Positions 30,871 through 39,369 of a stretch of DNA of 64,000 nt are shown here, one piece after another. The number at the start of each line of letters is the position of its first letter. Position 1 is the stretch's first letter. The notes beneath the pieces were generated by a model, which saw nothing but the letters and a program-made list of their open reading frames with translations, had not been told where the DNA came from and did not search any database. This DNA comes from Planctomycetota bacterium (lineage in GTDB: Bacteria > Planctomycetota > Phycisphaerae > UBA1845): assembly GCA_052034525.1 (NCBI GenBank), contig JBPOIK010000053.1, positions 22,351 through 86,350 on the forward strand, written 5' to 3'. The position numbers and the translations under genes are program-made.

Positions 30871-30992
30871 GGCGTGGCGACGCAGCGACCGCCGATAGGA
30901 ATCGGCGTCCGCGCCCGGATCCGTGCCACGCAGACAACAACGGCGCCGGACATCACGCCCGGCGCCGCTTGGGTTCCGTTCTTGTGTCGAGC

Positions 30993-33008
30993 TCAGGCGT
31001 CGTTGCCCGGCCTGGAGTCGGGCGAGGAACGGCCGGCCGACGAGTCCTTGCCGGTGGGCGCTTTCCCCCGCGATGCCGCGGGCTTGACGGTCTCGGCGGT
31101 GACCTGGGTGGCCTCGGCCAGTTTTCGCTCGATGACGCCGCGGACCGTGTTCTCGATCAGGTCCGGGTCGATCCGCTGGCCGGTGAACCGTTCGAGAATG
31201 CCGGACAGCGCTTCGCCGGTCCCGCTGAGGAACCGTGCGGCCGTCTCCCTGGCTTCCGGCGGCAGGGAGGCTCGCAGGCCGTTGAACGACTGGCCCCAAC
31301 CGGCGGCGGTCATGAACCGGGAGGTCATGTTGGACAGCATGGTCGGGTCGCCGAAAATCTGCATGTTCGCCTGGGAGAGCATCTGTCCGATGGCCTGGGC
31401 GAACGCTTTCTGGATTTCGGTGCCGGCCTGGATCTCCAGCTTCTGCACCTCGAACTTCAGGGCGGCCTCGCTGAACTCCTGCTTGTTCTGAAGGGCCTGC
31501 CGCTCCACCTCGACGCGGGCGCTTTCCACCTCGACGCGTTCGCGGTCAACCGTGACCGGCACCATTTGCTCGGCCTGAGCGCCCTCGGCCCGTTTTTTGG
31601 CAGCCTCGGCCTCGGCGGTGGCGAGCACCATCTTGGCCTCTTTCTGCATCTGGGCCGCTTCCAGTTCCCCTTTGGCGACCTTGGCCAGCTCGTATGCCTT
31701 GATGTCGGCGTTGGTCTGATCGAGATACTTCTGGATATCGACCTCCTGTTTCTCCTTGATCATCTTCTGGGCCGCCGCGCGCTCCGCCGCGGTGGTCACC
31801 TTGATGGTTTCGATCCGCTGCGTCTCCTCTTCCCGCTTGGCTTCGGCGGCCCGGGTCTGGGCCTCGGCCACGGCCCGCTCGGTCTCCCGCTTGGCGACCT
31901 CGATCTCCTTGAGCCGCTGGGCCACTTCGACGGCCTGGGTCTTGCGCACCTCCGATTCCTGAACCGTGCGATCCGCCTCGACGGCCGCCGACTGGACCTC
32001 GCGCTGCCGGATCACGTCGGCGACCTGGACTGTCTGCTCCTTGGCGATTTCGGCCTTTTTCACCGCCTCGTCCTTGAGCACCGCCGCCAGTTCCACCTCC
32101 CGCCGCTGCTGGATCTGGTATTCCTCGCGCTCGCGCAACTTGGCGGCCTGGATGTTGGCCACCTCCGTGATCTGCTCCGCCTCCGCCTGGGCCTGGTCCT
32201 TCTCCAGATCGAGCACCTCCTTGCGGGTCTGGACGTTCTTGGCCTTGATCGCCCGCTCCGCGTCCCGGTCGATGCGGTTGCGCTCCACGTTCTGGGACTG
32301 GGTGATCTCCGTGATTTTGCGCAGGCCCTGGGCGTCGAACACGTTGCGCGGGTTGAGGTTTTCCGACGGCGTCTGGTCCAGCATGCTGATGGTGACGGTC
32401 TCGAGCGTCAGCCCGTTCTGGCGCAGGTCCGCGGCCAGGTTCTCCTGGACCGCCGAGGCGAACTCGTCGCGCTTGAGCTGCAACTCCATCAGGTCTTTGG
32501 TGGCCGCGACCGCCCGCAAGGCGGAGATGAGCTTCTCGCCCACCAGCTCCTTCACCGCCTCGGCGCGGACGCTTCGCTGGCCCAGCGACCGGGCGGCGGC
32601 GAGAATGTCTTCCGCGTTCGGCTGTACGCGGATGTAGAACTCGCTGTTGATGTCCACCCGCAGGTTGTCCTTGGTGATCAAGGCGTCCGCGCCGACCCGC
32701 TTGACGTCCAGCCGCATGGTCTCCAGCGAGACCTCCACCAGCTTGTGCAGCATGGGCACGACGAAGCCGCCCTTGTCCAGGATGACTCGGACACCCACTC
32801 CGCCCGTGCGGACGAAGGCCTGGTTCGCCGAGGTCCGACGGTAAAGCTTGGCGATGGCGGAAATCAGCCCGATCAGAAACAGGATGAGCAGCCCGGTCAG
32901 CACGGAGATGCCCATCTGCATCGAAGTCAGGTGGAGTTGTTCACCCACCAGCAGCGGGCCGAGGAGCAGGATCAGGCCGAGCAGCAACGCACCGATGAGT
33001 AGTGTCAT
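30993..33008 (-). CDS. yqiK: Flotillin-like SPFH/band-7 protein (YqiK family).
   Basis: N-terminal TM hairpin, SPFH domain, then a long E/A/K/Q-rich coiled coil. ATG at 33008 with AAGGGGG SD. Confidence 0.8.
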   Translation of the reverse strand: MTLLIGALLLGLILLLGPLLVGEQLHLTSMQMGISVLTGLLILFLIGLISAIAKLYRRTSANQAFVRTGGVGVRVILDKGGFVVPMLHKLVEVSLETMRLDVKRVGADALITKDNLRVDINSEFYIRVQPNAEDILAAARSLGQRSVRAEAVKELVGEKLISALRAVAATKDLMELQLKRDEFASAVQENLAADLRQNGLTLETVTISMLDQTPSENLNPRNVFDAQGLRKITEITQSQNVERNRIDRDAERAIKAKNVQTRKEVLDLEKDQAQAEAEQITEVANIQAAKLREREEYQIQQRREVELAAVLKDEAVKKAEIAKEQTVQVADVIRQREVQSAAVEADRTVQESEVRKTQAVEVAQRLKEIEVAKRETERAVAEAQTRAAEAKREEETQRIETIKVTTAAERAAAQKMIKEKQEVDIQKYLDQTNADIKAYELAKVAKGELEAAQMQKEAKMVLATAEAEAAKKRAEGAQAEQMVPVTVDRERVEVESARVEVERQALQNKQEFSEAALKFEVQKLEIQAGTEIQKAFAQAIGQMLSQANMQIFGDPTMLSNMTSRFMTAAGWGQSFNGLRASLPPEARETAARFLSGTGEALSGILERFTGQRIDPDLIENTVRGVIERKLAEATQVTAETVKPAASRGKAPTGKDSSAGRSSPDSRPGNDA

Positions 33009-33046
33009 GACTATTTCCCCCTTTCTTTCCGGAGTCCGCGCGTATG

Positions 33047-33796
33047 TCACTCGCCCTTGCCGGCCGCGGCGCGGTCGGCGGCGACGTAGTACAACCGGTC
33101 CTTCGCCACGTATTTGACGACGACGACGCTTCTGCCCTTGGGCACCGACGGAATCCCGGGCGCCACGCGGCAGCGAATCTGGTGCCGGGTGCCCGTGCGG
33201 TCGGTCACCTGCGCCCGGCCGGCGGTTTCCGTCACCGGCAGCCCGACGATGCCCCGCAGACCCACAAGCTGATGCGGCGCGGTGCCCGACACACCCCGGG
33301 TCGGCATGATACGGGCCAGAATGCCGCTCACCAGCCGCATGGAGGCCAGGCCGGCCGCCAGGCCTCCCGGCAGACTGACGGCCAGCGACGACACCGCCTC
33401 GGCGCTGCCGGGCGTCAGCCAGAGGTTCACCAGCCAGCCGATGCCGCCGAAGGCGTAGAAGAACGCCAGCAGCAGAATCGAGAGCGGGATCCGGCCGATC
33501 CCGAAGAAGTACAGAATGGCGCTGAGCGAGAAGCCTGCCGCGGCCGCCACCTCGGGACCGTGATCCGCCTGAGCCTCGACGTCGTGGTCCATGTCGTGGC
33601 TGGCGTCCAGATCCACGTCGGCGTCGTGATCGACATCCAGGCCCGCATCCGTTTCGACGTCGCCGTCGGCGTTGCCCAGGCCCAGCACGCTGAGGACCGT
33701 GAACAGGGCGGCCAGAAGCAACCCGGCCAGGAACGGCAGATCGGTTCCGCTGACCAGGGCTGACACCGAGCTGACCAGAAGTATCGCGGACATCAT
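33047..33796 (-). CDS. yqiJ: NfeD-like membrane protein (YqiJ family) carrying an Asp/His-rich periplasmic insert.
   Basis: TM segments and a C-terminal OB-fold-like region. It lies immediately upstream of the flotillin gene. The insert is 'DGDVETDAGLDVDHDADVDLDASHDMDHDVEAQADHG'. Confidence 0.7.
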   Translation of the reverse strand: MMSAILLVSSVSALVSGTDLPFLAGLLLAALFTVLSVLGLGNADGDVETDAGLDVDHDADVDLDASHDMDHDVEAQADHGPEVAAAAGFSLSAILYFFGIGRIPLSILLLAFFYAFGGIGWLVNLWLTPGSAEAVSSLAVSLPGGLAAGLASMRLVSGILARIMPTRGVSGTAPHQLVGLRGIVGLPVTETAGRAQVTDRTGTRHQIRCRVAPGIPSVPKGRSVVVVKYVAKDRLYYVAADRAAAGKGE

Positions 33797-34026
33797 CCGT
33801 CCCTCACTGGCGTCCGCGCGACCCGCCCGTTGCTCGCGGTCCGGTCCGGCTGCCGACCTCACCGAGGCGAAGCGCGTTCGCGCCGGCGCGTTCCACTTCC
33901 AGACAGAACGTACTACAGGGCCGTCCCAGCAGCAATTATCGCAAACCCGGCGGTTTATAATCCGGTGAGCCGGTTCCTCGCCCGCCCGGGATTGCGTCCG
34001 GGCCGCATCCGCCGCGTTTTTGTCGC

Positions 34027-34947
34027 TTGACACCGCCGCCGCGCACGCGTCAGCCGCCTCCGGGTTCGCGGTTGCGGCCGAGCTGGAAAGGGGCCTACGT
34101 CTACCTCGCAGAAGGTCTCGCCGGAGCGCTCGTTCTGCACGTGCGGGCGACGATGCCGTGGCTGTTCTCCGGCCTGTTCACCCAGTACTGGCCGCTGGTC
34201 ATCATGGCTGTGGCGTTTCCGGCCGTGGCGGCGGGGGAAATCTGCGATCGACGGGGATTGCAGGGTCTGGCACAGCCGCTCAGTCGCACGGGCATGTTTT
34301 TGTCGGCGCTCAGCATACTCGATCTGCTTCTCGCCTCGTCGCGGGTGCACTTCTCGGTTGTGCTCATGACGACGGGCGTGCTGTACGCGGTGCTCGCCGG
34401 GCTGCGAAAGTCGTTCCGGCTGGGCCTGCTCGCCGCGCTGGCGCTCAATGGAAGCCTGTGGTACCTGCTGGCGCACAGCCCGGGCCTGGGTCTCAGCCGG
34501 CATCCCCAGTTGTGGTTCATTCCGCCGGCGCTGGCGATGCTGGTCGCGAGTCATCTGAACCGCGCGCGTTTGACCGCCGATCAGCGGAAGGCGGCGCACT
34601 ATGTCTGCGTCTTCGTCATTTATCTCTCCTCCACCGCCGACGTGTTTATCGTTGGCGTCGCGCAGGCCCCGTGGCTGCCGCTCGTGCTGGCGGGGCTGTC
34701 GCTGGCGGGAATCCTCGTCGGCTTCGTCTGGCGCATCCGGTCGTTCCTCTTCCTGGGGACGGGCTTTCTGTGCCTCTCGCTGCTGACGACGATCTGGCAC
34801 GCCGCCGCCAATCTCGGCTGGACGTGGCTGTGGTACGTCTGCGGGATCGCCCTGGGCGTGGCGATCATCACCCTGTTCGCGCTGTTGGAGAAGAAACGGA
34901 AGGAACTGGACGCCTGGGTCGACGAAATCCGGCAGTGGAGCGATTGA
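34027..34947 (+). CDS. Polytopic membrane protein, hypothetical.
   Basis: About 8 predicted hydrophobic helices. The track start is a TTG; an internal ATG at 34153 is also possible. Confidence 0.5.
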   Translation: MTPPPRTRQPPPGSRLRPSWKGAYVYLAEGLAGALVLHVRATMPWLFSGLFTQYWPLVIMAVAFPAVAAGEICDRRGLQGLAQPLSRTGMFLSALSILDLLLASSRVHFSVVLMTTGVLYAVLAGLRKSFRLGLLAALALNGSLWYLLAHSPGLGLSRHPQLWFIPPALAMLVASHLNRARLTADQRKAAHYVCVFVIYLSSTADVFIVGVAQAPWLPLVLAGLSLAGILVGFVWRIRSFLFLGTGFLCLSLLTTIWHAAANLGWTWLWYVCGIALGVAIITLFALLEKKRKELDAWVDEIRQWSD

Positions 34948-34973
34948 CCGGGCGCGGACGGGGGCCGGCCCAC

Positions 34974-35420
34974 TCAATCCTCGGTTCCGCCGCGGGTACG
35001 CTCGGCGTAGGCCTCACGCCCGAACTGCGGCTCGGGCTTGGTGCGGAATCCGGTGATGGCCGGCATGTCGTCGGGCTTCTCCGCCGGGTGGACCGCGAAA
35101 ACCTCGACCCGGGCAATGTCCTCGAAGGGAACCGCCACGACGAAGGCGCCCACCTTGTACTGGTCGTCCACCGGCTCACACTCGAAAGTGAAATGCGCTT
35201 TGCTCTCCACTTCTACGATGTTCTTCAGCTCGTAACTGAAGCCGTCCCGAAGGTAAATCAGCCGCCGAACCTCCAACTCCTCGAAAAACTTGCACGCCGC
35301 CTCGTCCGATTCGATCTTCTCCGGCTCCAGATCCGGAAAGTGGGCCATGACGCACCGCAGCCGGGCTTCAAACTGCTGCTGCTCAAAAGCTGGGCCGTGG
35401 AACCAGTCGTAATCGAACAT
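34974..35420 (-). CDS. Hypothetical cytoplasmic protein.
   Basis: 148-aa ORF with native codon usage. No recognised motif. Confidence 0.45.
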   Translation of the reverse strand: MFDYDWFHGPAFEQQQFEARLRCVMAHFPDLEPEKIESDEAACKFFEELEVRRLIYLRDGFSYELKNIVEVESKAHFTFECEPVDDQYKVGAFVVAVPFEDIARVEVFAVHPAEKPDDMPAITGFRTKPEPQFGREAYAERTRGGTED

Positions 35421-35563
35421 GCGGAGTATCCTGCAATTCGGCGGTCTGCACGTCTGCCCGGCACCACAGGGGCAGACCCGTCACCGTAGGCGCGGCGCCC
35501 GGCGCTGTCAACCGAGCCGCCGGGGCTTTCTATCGGCAACTTCCGGCCGTACCATTGCTTAGG

Positions 35564-36514
35564 ATGAGCCCGGCGGACAAATCCCGATGGATCAAAGACC
35601 TGGCCGGCCAGGCGGGTTTCGAGCGGGCGGGCATTGCGCCGGCCGCTCTCGTCTACCGGGCGGATCGTTATCGGCGCTGGCTGGCCGAAGGCCGGGCCGG
35701 ACAAATGGACTACCTGCGCCGCAACGTCGAAACCCGGCTGGATCCGCGGCGACTGCTGCCCGGAGCCCGCAGCGTAATCATGGTGGCGCATTCGTATTAT
35801 CAGCCGTGGCCCGCCCGACCCGAAGGCGACGGCCCGCACGGCCGGGTGGCCATGTATGCGTGGGGCCGAGATTACCACCGCGTCATGCGAAAAAAGCTGT
35901 ACGCCCTGGTGGACCAGGCGCGGGCCGGGCTGGCCGAACCGTTTGAGGCACGTGTCTGCGTGGACACGGCCCCGCTTCTCGAGCGGCAGTGGGCGGCCGC
36001 GGCGGGCATCGGGTGGATCGGGAAGAACACGCTGGTGATCAACAGGGAGCTGGGCAGTTACTTCTTCCTCGGCGGAGTCGTCACCACGCTGGAGCTGGCG
36101 CCGGACGCTCCGGTCGCCGATCACTGTGGCCGATGCACGCGCTGTCTCCAGGCGTGTCCGACCGGCGCTCTGGATCGGCCGTACGAAATGGACGCCGGCA
36201 GGTGTATTTCGTACCTGACCATCGAGCATCGCCAGAACGTGTCCGAAGCCCTGCAACCGTTGATGGGAGACTGGGTCTACGGATGCGACGTCTGCCAGGA
36301 GGTCTGCCCGCACAACCGCGACCTTCCGATCGCCCGCCAGGCCGACTACGCCGTCCGTCCCCCCGCTCCGTACCCCTCGCTTGCGGAGCTGCTGAACTGG
36401 CGGCCCGAGGACTACGACGAGCGCCTTCGCGGCCGGGCCATGAGGCGGGCGTCGCTGTCCATGCTTCAGCGAAACGCGCGAATCGCACTGCAGAACGCCG
36501 CTACAACTGGCTGA
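35564..36514 (+). CDS. queG: Epoxyqueuosine reductase.
   Basis: 4Fe-4S motifs 'CGRCTRCLQACPTGAL' and 'CISYLTIEH...CDVCQEVCP'. ATG at 35564. Confidence 0.85.
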   Translation: MSPADKSRWIKDLAGQAGFERAGIAPAALVYRADRYRRWLAEGRAGQMDYLRRNVETRLDPRRLLPGARSVIMVAHSYYQPWPARPEGDGPHGRVAMYAWGRDYHRVMRKKLYALVDQARAGLAEPFEARVCVDTAPLLERQWAAAAGIGWIGKNTLVINRELGSYFFLGGVVTTLELAPDAPVADHCGRCTRCLQACPTGALDRPYEMDAGRCISYLTIEHRQNVSEALQPLMGDWVYGCDVCQEVCPHNRDLPIARQADYAVRPPAPYPSLAELLNWRPEDYDERLRGRAMRRASLSMLQRNARIALQNAATTG

Positions 36515-36983
36515 TCTCGTCGAGCCGGGTTGTCAGAGTGGCCCGGTCCAGTCGGTCGAAGTCCAGCGCCACGAGCCGTTCGATCTTCAGGGCAAGACGC
36601 TCGGCCACGCGCACGGCGGCCACCAGGCGGTCCTCATCGGTCCCCGGCGCGAAGGACGGATCGGGAGTGGACCAATGGGTGACGGGGCGGCGTTTCATCC
36701 AATCCGGAACGTTCCGGGCCGCGAAGTCACACAGGGTAATGACCCAATCGATGGGTCGTGTCTCAAACTCGTCCCAGCTTTTGGACCAGGCGCCTTCCAG
36801 CGCGGGTATTCCCAGAGGAGCCAGGGCAGCCTCCACGAGCGGATGAACCCATCCGGCCGGGTCGGAACCGGCGGAATGGGCCACAAAGCGGTCTCGACCC
36901 AGCCGGGCCAGGATGGCCTGGGCCATCTGCGACCGGCAGCAGTTTCCCGTGCAGACAAACAGAATGTGGCGTTTGCGCTTCAC
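36501..36983 (-). CDS. arsC: Arsenate reductase / LMW-PTP family protein (thioredoxin-coupled ArsC-like).
   Basis: 'ILFVCTGNCCRSQMAQA' P-loop with downstream Cys in 'ITLCDFAARN'. Resembles Bacillus ArsC. Confidence 0.65.
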   Translation of the reverse strand: MKRKRHILFVCTGNCCRSQMAQAILARLGRDRFVAHSAGSDPAGWVHPLVEAALAPLGIPALEGAWSKSWDEFETRPIDWVITLCDFAARNVPDWMKRRPVTHWSTPDPSFAPGTDEDRLVAAVRVAERLALKIERLVALDFDRLDRATLTTRLDEISQL

Positions 36984-37270
36984 GCCGGAGGCCTCCCAAG
37001 TTCCGCCATCCTATTCGACGAAGCGTTCCGCCGGAAACCCCGATCGCTCGTTGGGCCGGCCCTCCGCAGGCGCGTGACTCCTCCGGCGGAGAGTCAACTC
37101 GACTCGAACGGGGCGGTGAAAGCGCGTGGAAGGCAGTCTCTTCCATCCCTGCCGGGACCGCGGCGCTCCGCCGGAAGTGTCCTGGATCCGGCCGCCCTCC
37201 GACACGCGGTTCCCTTGATTTGGCCCGAACTCGGGTCTACCTTGGGCGGTCCGGGTCGAGGAGGTTGCAC

Positions 37271-37762
37271 GTGGCCGCAGACTGCCCCTGGCGAGTCGGG
37301 GTCGGATACGATGTCCACCGGCTGGTGGAGGGCCGCCCCCTGGTGCTGGGCGGGGTGGAGATTCCCCACCCTTGCGGGCTGCTGGGCCACAGCGACGCGG
37401 ACGTGGTGCTGCACGCGATCATCGACGCGGTGACGGGGGCGGCCGGCCTGCCGGACATCGGCGAGCAGTTCCCGGATTCCTGCGCAGACTGGATGGATGC
37501 CGACAGCCGCGAGCTGCTGTCCGCTGTCATGCGCAAGGTGGCGGCGGCGGGATTTGACCCGGTGAATGTGGACTGCGTAATCCACGCGGAGGCGCCGCGC
37601 ATGTCGGCCTACAAACGGCGGATGGCCGCCGTGATCGCCGAACGGATGGGGCTGACGCCCGACCGCGTCAGCGTCAAGGCCACCAGCCACGAGAAGCTCG
37701 GAGCGATCGGCGCGGGTGAGGGCATTGCGTGCACGGCCGTCGTGCTGGTGCGGCGGGTGTAA
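37271..37762 (+). CDS. ispF: 2-C-methyl-D-erythritol 2,4-cyclodiphosphate synthase.
   Basis: 'GVGYDVHRLVEGRPLVLGGV...GHSDADVVLHAIIDA'. The internal GTG start at 37271 has a GAGGAGG SD; the longer track ORF, starting at 36758, would overlap the 5' end of arsC (36501..36983) on the opposite strand. Confidence 0.9.
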   Translation: MAADCPWRVGVGYDVHRLVEGRPLVLGGVEIPHPCGLLGHSDADVVLHAIIDAVTGAAGLPDIGEQFPDSCADWMDADSRELLSAVMRKVAAAGFDPVNVDCVIHAEAPRMSAYKRRMAAVIAERMGLTPDRVSVKATSHEKLGAIGAGEGIACTAVVLVRRV

Positions 37763-37812
37763 GGTCCGGTCCGGCGGACCGGAACCAACGGAATCACAGG
37801 CAGGGACGGATC

Positions 37813-39306
37813 ATGGCCATCCGGGTATACAACACGCTGAGCGGCGAGAAGGAAGAGTTCGTACCGGTCCAGCCCGGCAAGGTGGGCATGTACCTTTGCG
37901 GACCGACGGTGTACAAGCCGAGCCACATCGGTCACGCCGTGGGGCCGGTCATTTTCGATGCGATCAAGCGCTACCTGACATACCGGGGCTACCAGGTGAC
38001 GTGGGTGGTGAACATCACCGACGTCGAGGACAAGCTGATCGCCGAAGCCGCGGCCCAGAACCTGCCCGTATTCACCCTGGCCGAGCGAATCACGGCGAAC
38101 TACAACGACGCGATGCGCCGGCTGGGCGTCACGGGCATCGACCACATGCCCAAGGCGTCGGAGTACATTCCGGACATCATCGCGTATGTGCAACGGCTGA
38201 TCGACAAAGGAGCGGCCTATGCCTCCGGCGGGGACGTGTATTTCGACGTGACCGCCGATCGCGATTACGGCAAGCTCTCGAACCGATCGCCCGACGAGCA
38301 GTTCGGCCAGCGCGAGCTCCAGAGCGGCCAGAAGCGCCACCCGGGCGACTTCGCGCTCTGGAAGGAGGCCAAGCCCGACGAGCCGGACGAGGTGAGGTTC
38401 GCGTCGCCCTGGGGCCGGGGCCGGCCCGGCTGGCACATCGAGTGCTCTGTCATGAGCATGAAGCTGCTGGGCGAGACGTTCGACATCCACGGCGGCGGCA
38501 TGGATCTGATCTTCCCGCACCACGAAAACGAAATCGCCCAGTCGGAGACGGCCACCGACAAACCGTTCGCCAGATACTGGCTGCACAACGGCCTGACGCG
38601 CTTCAACACCAAGAAAATCGCCAAATCCGACCCGGAGATGGCCAGGTTCATGGAGAAAATGGTGCTCACGCGGCTTCTGGATGAGCACGGCGGCGAACTG
38701 CTGCGCTACCTCATCCTCAGCACGCATTACCGCAGCCCCATCGATTTCTCCGACGCGGAGGTGGCCGCCAAGACCAAAGCTCTGTCCACCTTCCATCGAC
38801 TGTTCGAACGCATCGAACGGATCACCGGCCGCAGCGCGTACGGCGACCTGCCCACGCTGGAGGAGACCCCGGCGGCGGGGCTGGAAGGCTTCGTAGAGGA
38901 AATCGGCGGCTTCCGCGAGCGCTTCGTGCAGGCCATGGATGACGATTTCAACACTGCGGCTGCCATCGCCGTGCTGTTTGAACTGGCGGCCCGGATCAAT
39001 CGGTTCATCGACGAAAACAAGGTGGAATCGGCCCCGCAGGACACCACGTGCGCCGCCGCGCTGGGCGCGGGGCGCAGCCTGGTGGAGTTGGGCCGGCTGC
39101 TGGGCCTGTTTCTGACGCCGCCGGCCCAGCGGGGGGCGGGCGATCAGACGCTCGACGCGGTAATGGGGGTGCTTATCGACATTCGCCAGCATTGTCGCCA
39201 AAGCCGGGACTTCGCCACCGCCGACCTCATCCGGGACAAGCTGGGCGACGTCGGGATCACTCTGGTCGACCGGCCCGGCGGCACGGAGTGGCAGATGTCG
39301 CAGTGA
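37813..39306 (+). CDS. cysS: Cysteine--tRNA ligase.
   Basis: 'MYLCGPTVYKPSHIGHA' (HIGH) and 'KMSKS'-region equivalents. Full class I layout. Confidence 0.95.
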   Translation: MAIRVYNTLSGEKEEFVPVQPGKVGMYLCGPTVYKPSHIGHAVGPVIFDAIKRYLTYRGYQVTWVVNITDVEDKLIAEAAAQNLPVFTLAERITANYNDAMRRLGVTGIDHMPKASEYIPDIIAYVQRLIDKGAAYASGGDVYFDVTADRDYGKLSNRSPDEQFGQRELQSGQKRHPGDFALWKEAKPDEPDEVRFASPWGRGRPGWHIECSVMSMKLLGETFDIHGGGMDLIFPHHENEIAQSETATDKPFARYWLHNGLTRFNTKKIAKSDPEMARFMEKMVLTRLLDEHGGELLRYLILSTHYRSPIDFSDAEVAAKTKALSTFHRLFERIERITGRSAYGDLPTLEETPAAGLEGFVEEIGGFRERFVQAMDDDFNTAAAIAVLFELAARINRFIDENKVESAPQDTTCAAALGAGRSLVELGRLLGLFLTPPAQRGAGDQTLDAVMGVLIDIRQHCRQSRDFATADLIRDKLGDVGITLVDRPGGTEWQMSQ

Positions 39307-39369
39307 CGCCGGCCGGCGCGGGTGCCGTCCAATCCGCCGGCGCAAGATCCGACAGCGTGGCGCGGGCTC

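Noticed and set aside
30768-33002. 744-aa ORF on the plus strand.
   Set aside because: It is antisense to the flotillin gene, Leu/Gly/Arg-rich low-complexity sequence without motifs.
36758-37270. N-terminal 171 codons of the track ORF 36758..37762.
   Set aside because: Only the C-terminal 163 aa match IspF. The extension overlaps the 5' end of the ArsC-like gene on the opposite strand. An internal GTG at 37271 with a GAGGAGG SD gives a normal-length IspF.
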